Positions 39,055 through 44,739 of a stretch of 44,739 bases of DNA are shown piece by piece. Where the stretch lies: IMG/VR virus record IMGVR_UViG_647533158_000005. The stretch is one strand, 5' to 3'. How positions within the stretch are numbered: position 1 is the first letter of the stretch; each line of letters opens with the position of its first letter. Both the position numbers and the translations under genes were made by a program. The notes beneath the pieces are model-generated. The model searched no databases. It was given only the letters and a program-made list of their open reading frames with translations, and had not been told where the DNA came from. This DNA is from a virus. Its lineage: Duplodnaviria; Heunggongvirae; Uroviricota; Caudoviricetes.

Positions 39055-42000
39055 ATGGGTAAAGGCAGCAGTAAGGGGCATACCCCGCGCGAAGCGAAGG
39101 ACAACCTGAAGTCCACGCAGCTGCTGAGTGTGATCGATGCCATCAGCGAAGGGCCGGTTGAAGGTCCGGTGGATGGATTAAAAAGCGTGCTGCTGAACAG
39201 TACGCCGGTGCTGGACAGTGAGGGGAATACCAATATATCCGGCGTCACGGTGGTGTTCCGGGCCGGTGAGCAGGAGCAGACACCGCCGGAGGGATTTGAA
39301 TCCTCCGGCTCCGAGACGGTGCTGGGTACGGAAGTGAAGTACGACACGCCGATTACCCGGACCATCACGTCTGCAAACATCGACCGTCTGCGCTTTACCT
39401 TCGGTGTGCAGGCACTGGTGGAAACCACCTCAAAGGGTGACAGGAATCCGTCGGAAGTCCGTCTGCTGGTTCAGATACAACGTAACGGTGGCTGGGTGAC
39501 GGAAAAAGACATCACCATTAAGGGCAAAACCACCTCGCAGTATCTGGCCTCGGTGGTGGTGGGTAACCTGCCGCCGCGCCCGTTTAATATCCGGATGTGC
39601 AGGATGACGCCGGACAGCACCACAGACCAGCTGCAGAACAAAACGCTCTGGTCGTCATACACCGAAATCATCGATGTGAAACAGTGCTACCCGAACACGG
39701 CACTGGTTGGCGTGCAGGTGGACTCGGAGCAGTTCGGCAGCCAGCAGGTGAGCCGTAATTATCATCTTCGCGGGCGCATTCTGCAGGTGCCGTCGAACTA
39801 TAACCCGCAGACACGGCAATACAGCGGTATCTGGGACGGAACGTTTAAGCCGGCATACAGCAACAACCCGGCCTGGTGTCTGTGGGATATGCTGACCCAC
39901 CCGCGCTACGGCATGGGGAAACGTCTTGGTGCGGCAGATGTGGATAAATGGGCGCTGTATGTCATCGGCCAGTACTGCGACCAGTCGGTGCCGGACGGCT
40001 TTGGCGGCACGGAGCCGCGCATCACCTGTAATGCGTACCTGACCACACAGCGCAAGGCGTGGGATGTGCTCAGTGATTTCTGCTCGGCGATGCGCTGTAT
40101 GCCGGTATGGAACGGGCAGACGCTGACGTTCGTGCAGGACCGGCCGTCGGATAAGGTGTGGACCTATAACCGCAGTAATGTGGTGATGCCGGATGATGGC
40201 GNNNNNNNNNNNNNNNNNNNNNNNNNNNNNNNNNNNNNNNNNNNNNNNNNNNNNNNNNNNNNNNNNNNNNNNNNNNNNNNNNNNNNNNNNNNNNNNNNNN
40301 NNNNNNNNNNNNNNNNNNNNNNNNNNNNNNNNNNNNNNNNNNNNNNNNNNNNNNNNNNNNNNNNNNNNNNNNNNNNNNNNNNNNNNNNNNNNNNNNNNNN
40401 NNNNNNNNNNNNNNNNNNNNNNNNNNNNNNNNNNNNNNNNNNNNNNNNNNNNNNNNNNNNNNNNNNNNNNNNNNNNNNNNNNNNNNNNNNNNNNNNNNNN
40501 NNNNNNNNNNNNNNNNNNNNNNNNNNNNNNNNNNNNNNNNNNNNNNNNNNNNNNNNNNNNNNNNNNNNNNNNNNNNNNNNNNNNNNNNNNNNNNNNNNNN
40601 NNNNNNNNNNNNNNNNNNNNNNNNNNNNNNNNNNNNNNNNNNNNNNNNNNNNNNNNNNNNNNNNNNNNNNNNNNNNNNNNNNNNNNNNNNNNNNNNNNNN
40701 NNNNNNNNNNNNNNNNNNNNNNNNNNNNNNNNNNNNNNNNNNNNNNNNNNNNNNNNNNNNNNNNNNNNNNNNNNNNNNNNNNNNNNNNNNNNNNNNNNNN
40801 NNNNNNNNNNNNNNNNNNNNNNNNNNNNNNNNNNNNNNNNNNNNNNNNNNNNNNNNNNNNNNNNNNNNNNNNNNNNNNNNNNNNNNNNNNNNNNNNNNNN
40901 NNNNNNNNNNNNNNNNNNNNNNNNNNNNNNNNNNNNNNNNNNNNNNNNNNNNNNNNNNNNNNNNNNNNNNNNNNNNNNNNNNNNNNNNNNNNNNNNNNNN
41001 NNNNNNNNNNNNNNNNNNNNNNNNNNNNNNNNNNNNNNNNNNNNNNNNNNNNNNNNNNNNNNNNNNNNNNNNNNNNNNNNNNNNNNNNNNNNNNNNNNNN
41101 NNNNNNNNNNNNNNNNNNNNNNNNNNNNNNNNNNNNNNNNNNNNNNNNNNNGGACAGCAGGGCGAACCGGCATCGGTATCGTTCCGGATTGCCGCACCGG
41201 CAGCGCCTGCCACCATTGAACTGATACCGGGGTATTTTCAGATAACGGCGGTCCCGAAACTGGCGGTATATGACCCGACGGTGCAGTTTGAGTTCTGGTT
41301 CTCGGAAAAGCGGATTGCGGAAATCAGGCAGGTTGAAACCACAGCCCGCTATCTTGGCACGGCGCTGTACTGGATAGCCGCCAGTATCAATATCAGGCCA
41401 GGCCATGATTATTATTTTTACGTTCGCAGTGTTAACACCGTGGGTAAGTCGGCATTTGTGGAGGCCGTCGGTCAGCCCAGCGATGATGCGGAAGGTTATC
41501 TTAATTTTTACAAGGGGCTGATTAATAAAACGCATCTTGGCAGGGAACTGCTGGAGAATTTCGAACTGACAGAGGATAACGCCAGCAGGCTTGATGAGTT
41601 CACGAAACAGTGGAAAGACGCTAACGATAAATGGAATGCCATGTGGGGCGTCAAAATTGAGCAGACCGAAGACGGTAAACATTATGTTGCCGGGATTGGC
41701 CTCAGCATGGAGGAGACGGAAGAAGGAAAACTGAGCGAGTTTCTTGTCGCCGCCAACCGTATCGCGTTTATTGACCCGGCAAACGGTAACTCAACGCCGA
41801 TGTTTGTGGCACAGGGCGATCAGATATTCATGAACGACGTGTTCCTGAAACGCCTGACGGCTCCCACCATTACCAGCGGCGGTAATCCCCCTGCATTTTC
41901 CCTGACTCCGGACGGAAAGCTGACCGCTAAAAATGCGGATATCAGCGGCAGTATCACCGCCAGTTCAGGCACGCTCAACAATGTGACGATAAACCAGGAC

Positions 42001-42363
42001 TGTGTGATTAAGGGAAATTTATCTGCAGCACAGATAACCGGAGATATTGCGAAGACGTATGTGCTTAACGGTAACAGTGTGTATATACCGGCTCAGGTAT
42101 TTACCATGAATCTGGTGATGCTGGGTAGTGCTGAACACCTGTACTTTAACGGTAACGAGCAGACACCGGTTTCCTCTGCGATCCTTTCGAGGATGCAGAC
42201 AGACAGTGTCTGGAGCGGCGGAAGTCCGGGGCATGGTGGCGGCAGTTACAGACCTGTCTACAGCACAATCTGGATCAAAGTGTTCAGGCTGAATGCGGGG
42301 ACACCCGTGACGGTGTCGGTTTCAGATAATGCAGTGACGGTTATCTGGATGTCGAAGGCGTAA
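39055..42363 (+). CDS. J: Host specificity / central tail fibre protein J (interrupted by assembly gap)
   Basis: Large ORF after I; N-terminal [22 protein letters not shown] and overall size match lambda gpJ; internal 950-nt run of N. Confidence 0.85.
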   Translation: MGKGSSKGHTPREAKDNLKSTQLLSVIDAISEGPVEGPVDGLKSVLLNSTPVLDSEGNTNISGVTVVFRAGEQEQTPPEGFESSGSETVLGTEVKYDTPITRTITSANIDRLRFTFGVQALVETTSKGDRNPSEVRLLVQIQRNGGWVTEKDITIKGKTTSQYLASVVVGNLPPRPFNIRMCRMTPDSTTDQLQNKTLWSSYTEIIDVKQCYPNTALVGVQVDSEQFGSQQVSRNYHLRGRILQVPSNYNPQTRQYSGIWDGTFKPAYSNNPAWCLWDMLTHPRYGMGKRLGAADVDKWALYVIGQYCDQSVPDGFGGTEPRITCNAYLTTQRKAWDVLSDFCSAMRCMPVWNGQTLTFVQDRPSDKVWTYNRSNVVMPDDGXXXXXXXXXXXXXXXXXXXXXXXXXXXXXXXXXXXXXXXXXXXXXXXXXXXXXXXXXXXXXXXXXXXXXXXXXXXXXXXXXXXXXXXXXXXXXXXXXXXXXXXXXXXXXXXXXXXXXXXXXXXXXXXXXXXXXXXXXXXXXXXXXXXXXXXXXXXXXXXXXXXXXXXXXXXXXXXXXXXXXXXXXXXXXXXXXXXXXXXXXXXXXXXXXXXXXXXXXXXXXXXXXXXXXXXXXXXXXXXXXXXXXXXXXXXXXXXXXXXXXXXXXXXXXXXXXXXXXXXXXXXXXXXXXXXXXXXXXXXXXXXXXXXXXXXXXXXXXGQQGEPASVSFRIAAPAAPATIELIPGYFQITAVPKLAVYDPTVQFEFWFSEKRIAEIRQVETTARYLGTALYWIAASINIRPGHDYYFYVRSVNTVGKSAFVEAVGQPSDDAEGYLNFYKGLINKTHLGRELLENFELTEDNASRLDEFTKQWKDANDKWNAMWGVKIEQTEDGKHYVAGIGLSMEETEEGKLSEFLVAANRIAFIDPANGNSTPMFVAQGDQIFMNDVFLKRLTAPTITSGGNPPAFSLTPDGKLTAKNADISGSITASSGTLNNVTINQDCVIKGNLSAAQITGDIAKTYVLNGNSVYIPAQVFTMNLVMLGSAEHLYFNGNEQTPVSSAILSRMQTDSVWSGGSPGHGGGSYRPVYSTIWIKVFRLNAGTPVTVSVSDNAVTVIWMSKA
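40202..41151. other. Assembly gap (950 N) inside J
   Basis: Run of n. Confidence 0.95.
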
Positions 42364-42495
42364 ACACGATGAAGATGCCACAACTACCGGAAAAGTCGCC
42401 GGGGGTTCAGGCTGCAGTATCCGTTGACATTTTTATAACCCAGATTAGGTGCCAGAAATGGCGCCTTTTTTATTGCAGAAAAGCGAGAGGTAATT

Positions 42496-43095
42496 ATGCG
42501 TAAATTATGTACTGTTATTTTGTCTGCAGTCGTCTGGCTGGTTGCTGCGGGTGCGCCCGCAGGTGCAGCAGAACATCCCTCCACACTGAGTGCCGGGTAT
42601 CTTCATATTCATTCTGATATGTCCGGCAGTGATGATTTAACAGGGTTCAACGTGAAATACCGCTATGAATTTACGGACACGCTGGGGCTGGTGACGTCAT
42701 TCAGCTATGCAGGAGACAGGAATCGCCAGCTTACCCGTTACAGTGATAGCCGCTGGCATGAAGACTCTGTGCGTAACCGTTGGTTCAGCATGATGGCGGG
42801 ACCGTCTGTACGCGTGAATGAAGGGTTCAGCGTGTATGCGATGGCGGGTGTGGCTTACAGCCGTGTGTCGACTTTTTCCGGGGATTATCTCCGCGTAACT
42901 GACAACAAGGGGAAAACGCACGATGTGCTGACAGGAAGTGATGATGGTCGCCACAGCAACACGTCTCTGGCATGGGGGGCTGGCGTGCAGTTTAACCCGA
43001 CAGAATCCGTGGTTATTGATATTGCTTATGAAGGTTCCGGCAGTGGCGACTGGCGCACTGACGGTTTCATTGTGGGGGGCGGTTATAAATTCTGA
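42496..43095 (+). CDS. lom: Lom/Ail-family outer membrane beta-barrel protein
   Basis: 199-aa ORF with signal peptide, alternating beta-strand pattern and terminal ...GGGYKF; position directly after J as lambda lom. Confidence 0.85.
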   Translation: MRKLCTVILSAVVWLVAAGAPAGAAEHPSTLSAGYLHIHSDMSGSDDLTGFNVKYRYEFTDTLGLVTSFSYAGDRNRQLTRYSDSRWHEDSVRNRWFSMMAGPSVRVNEGFSVYAMAGVAYSRVSTFSGDYLRVTDNKGKTHDVLTGSDDGRHSNTSLAWGAGVQFNPTESVVIDIAYEGSGSGDWRTDGFIVGGGYKF

Positions 43096-43122
43096 TTAGC
43101 CTGGTAACACAGAGTAATGACA

Positions 43123-43148
43123 GCCCGCCGGTTCAGGCGGGCTTTTTT
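43123..43148 (+). terminator. Rho-independent terminator after lom
   Basis: gcccgcc-ggttca-ggcgggc hairpin followed by TTTTTT. Confidence 0.7.
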
Positions 43149-43159
43149 GTGGGGGGAAT

Positions 43160-44113
43160 ATGTCAGTACAGATTTCAGGTGTGCTGAAGGATGGTACAGG
43201 AAAACCGGTACCGGACTGTACCATAGAGCTGAAAGCCGTGAGAACCAGCGAGACGGTGATAGTCACCACGGTGGCAGAGCACCAGCCAGGCGAAACGGGC
43301 AGTTACAGCATGCAGGTTGAGCCGGGGCGTTATCGTGTGACCTTGTGCGTGGAAGGTCGTCAGCCGGCATGCGCCGGCGAGATTGATGTCATGGCCGACG
43401 ACGAACCAGGCACCCTGAATGCCTTTCTGCTCCGTGAAACGGATGCAGCGTATTACCCTGATGCACTGAAGAAGCTGGAAGCGGCGGCGGATGAGGCTGT
43501 GCGCAGGGCGCGAGAAGCTGCTGAGAAAGCCGAAACTGCCGTGGGGCCACCGGGGCCGAAAGGGGATAAAGGTGACAAGGGCGATAAGGGGGATACCGGT
43601 CCGAAAGGTGAACAGGGCGATCCGGGCGGACCACCGGGACCGAAGGGCGACAAGGGGGATACAGGCCCGGCAGGTCCACAGGGGCCGAAAGGGGATACGG
43701 GAGCTGCAGGACCGGCAGGGCCTCAGGGTCCAAAAGGGGATACGGGAGCTGCAGGTCCGACAGGTCCACAGGGACCGAAAGGGGATACTGGAGCAGCGGG
43801 TCAGGCAGGTCCGCAGGGACCTAAGGGGGATACTGGAGCCACAGGCCCGGCTGGACCACAGGGACCGAAGGGAGAACCGGGAGCTGGAACTCAACAGGTC
43901 AGTGCGGGTGATATAGGGTCTCTGGTTTATGCCCTGTACGAAGGCACGGCAGACTATGGCGACAGTGTTGCAGCCAGCCAGTTGCACCCTTCATCTTCTT
44001 ATGATGCAGATGTAAGTTTCGATAACTCTGCTGTCACTCTGTCAGGGACATGGCGTTGCCTTGGATATGTAGGGATGCCGACAGGGAAATCACTGTTTAT
44101 GCGTATAAAATAA
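43160..44113 (+). CDS. Side tail fibre (Stf N-terminal-domain) protein with collagen-like Gly-X-Y repeats
   Basis: N-terminus [26 protein letters not shown]... matches lambda Stf N-terminus; aa 129-239 are GPxGPKGDTG-type triple-helix repeats. Confidence 0.7.
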   Translation: MSVQISGVLKDGTGKPVPDCTIELKAVRTSETVIVTTVAEHQPGETGSYSMQVEPGRYRVTLCVEGRQPACAGEIDVMADDEPGTLNAFLLRETDAAYYPDALKKLEAAADEAVRRAREAAEKAETAVGPPGPKGDKGDKGDKGDTGPKGEQGDPGGPPGPKGDKGDTGPAGPQGPKGDTGAAGPAGPQGPKGDTGAAGPTGPQGPKGDTGAAGQAGPQGPKGDTGATGPAGPQGPKGEPGAGTQQVSAGDIGSLVYALYEGTADYGDSVAASQLHPSSSYDADVSFDNSAVTLSGTWRCLGYVGMPTGKSLFMRIK

Positions 44114-44130
44114 ACGAGGAGGAAAAAGTT

Positions 44131-44739
44131 ATGGCAGAGACGGTAACTGGTGTTATTGCCGTTCGTAATGCTGCGTATAACGAAAATGGTGGTATCACGT
44201 GTGATGTGCAGTTTGATGGTGCGGTGAATGAATCGGGTGAACCGCTATGGTTACCGTATGCGGCGACGGAAACAGACAGCACGCCGCACGGCAAAGCATT
44301 ATGGTCGGGACTGATATCAGGAAAATACGGTGTGGTGACGCCCTTTACGGTCACGGATGAGGTACTGGATGAGGCGCGGGAAGCAAAGCGTACGGAAATC
44401 AATCGCTGGCGTGATATTCAGGAGGATACGGAATATGTGATGGAGTTCAACGGCAGGCGGTGGGATTACGGGAAAAAGACGCTGTCCAGGATAAGCACGA
44501 CACGCCTGATGGCAGAGAATAACCGTCTTCCGGAGGGTTTTGCCTGGACCGACGGGGATAATAATGTGGTGCCGGTAACGGCGGCGGAGATAATTGCGCT
44601 GGCAGATGCGACAGAGCAGGCGATGTTTGCGAAGGGTGTGGAGATTAATACACGGCAGTTGCAGATGAAAGCCGAGGTTGAAGCACTGACAGACCTGAAG
44701 GCGATCCGCAGTTATGTTGTCGGATGGCCTGCTGGCTGA
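44131..44739 (+). CDS. Hypothetical phage protein downstream of tail fibre (possible fibre assembly/chaperone)
   Basis: ATG at 44131 preceded by GAGGAGG; 202 aa ending at the last bases of the window; function inferred from position only. Confidence 0.35.
   Translation: MAETVTGVIAVRNAAYNENGGITCDVQFDGAVNESGEPLWLPYAATETDSTPHGKALWSGLISGKYGVVTPFTVTDEVLDEAREAKRTEINRWRDIQEDTEYVMEFNGRRWDYGKKTLSRISTTRLMAENNRLPEGFAWTDGDNNVVPVTAAEIIALADATEQAMFAKGVEINTRQLQMKAEVEALTDLKAIRSYVVGWPAG

Noticed and set aside
39655-41682. Long minus-strand ORFs (and 40070..41197, 40164..41216, 40193..41224, 37719..38461 on both strands) running through N tracts
   Set aside because: Their length comes from translating runs of N as X; they are artefacts of the assembly gaps.
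43175-43987. Minus-strand 270-aa ORF and other frames through the collagen-repeat DNA
   Set aside because: Repetitive GC-rich DNA is open in several frames; the + strand frame is supported by the Stf-like N-terminus and Gly-X-Y periodicity.
1-44739. CRISPR arrays, rRNA genes, insertion-sequence inverted repeats
   Set aside because: No regularly spaced direct repeats with unique spacers, no rRNA-like segments and no intact transposase ORF were seen.

Overview
This window is almost entirely one lambdoid (lambda/Stx-phage-like) prophage of an enterobacterium, read from its integrase end into the tail-fibre region. Order along the + strand: int/xis/large exonuclease (- strand); a low-GC small-gene accessory patch; a Rac-type immunity region (short repressor, Cro-like, CII/YdaT-like) with TACC-N4-GGTA operators; a replication gene carrying internal iteron arrays; a nin-like region replaced by cargo (HTH-cupin regulator, B3/4-domain protein, ABM-like protein, hok/sok type I toxin-antitoxin, DUF968/HNH-like protein); a Q-like antiterminator plus terminator; a moron island (multi-pass membrane protein, small protein, N6-adenine DNA methyltransferase, two tRNA-like genes); about 1.5 kb with no convincing genes at the position where Stx phages carry stxAB; a nanS-p-like esterase; a phage-21-type lysis cassette (pinholin, SAR endolysin, Rz/Rz1) interrupted by a convergent small-gene pair; an AT-rich non-coding stretch and cos-like site; then terminase, portal, protease-capsid fusion and a lambda-type tail (FII, Z, U, V, G/G-T frameshift, H, M, L, K, I, J, lom, collagen-repeat Stf-like fibre). 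Two runs of N (37947-38348, 40202-41151) are assembly gaps, the first flanked by a duplicated 104-nt block. No stx genes, CRISPR array or rRNA were seen. Calls rest on recalled protein similarity, motifs and gene order only; no database search was run. The most interesting candidates for undescribed function are the moron island downstream of Q, the HTH-cupin/B3-4/ABM cargo module, the small-gene patch between exonuclease and repressor, and the gene pair inserted between holin and endolysin.
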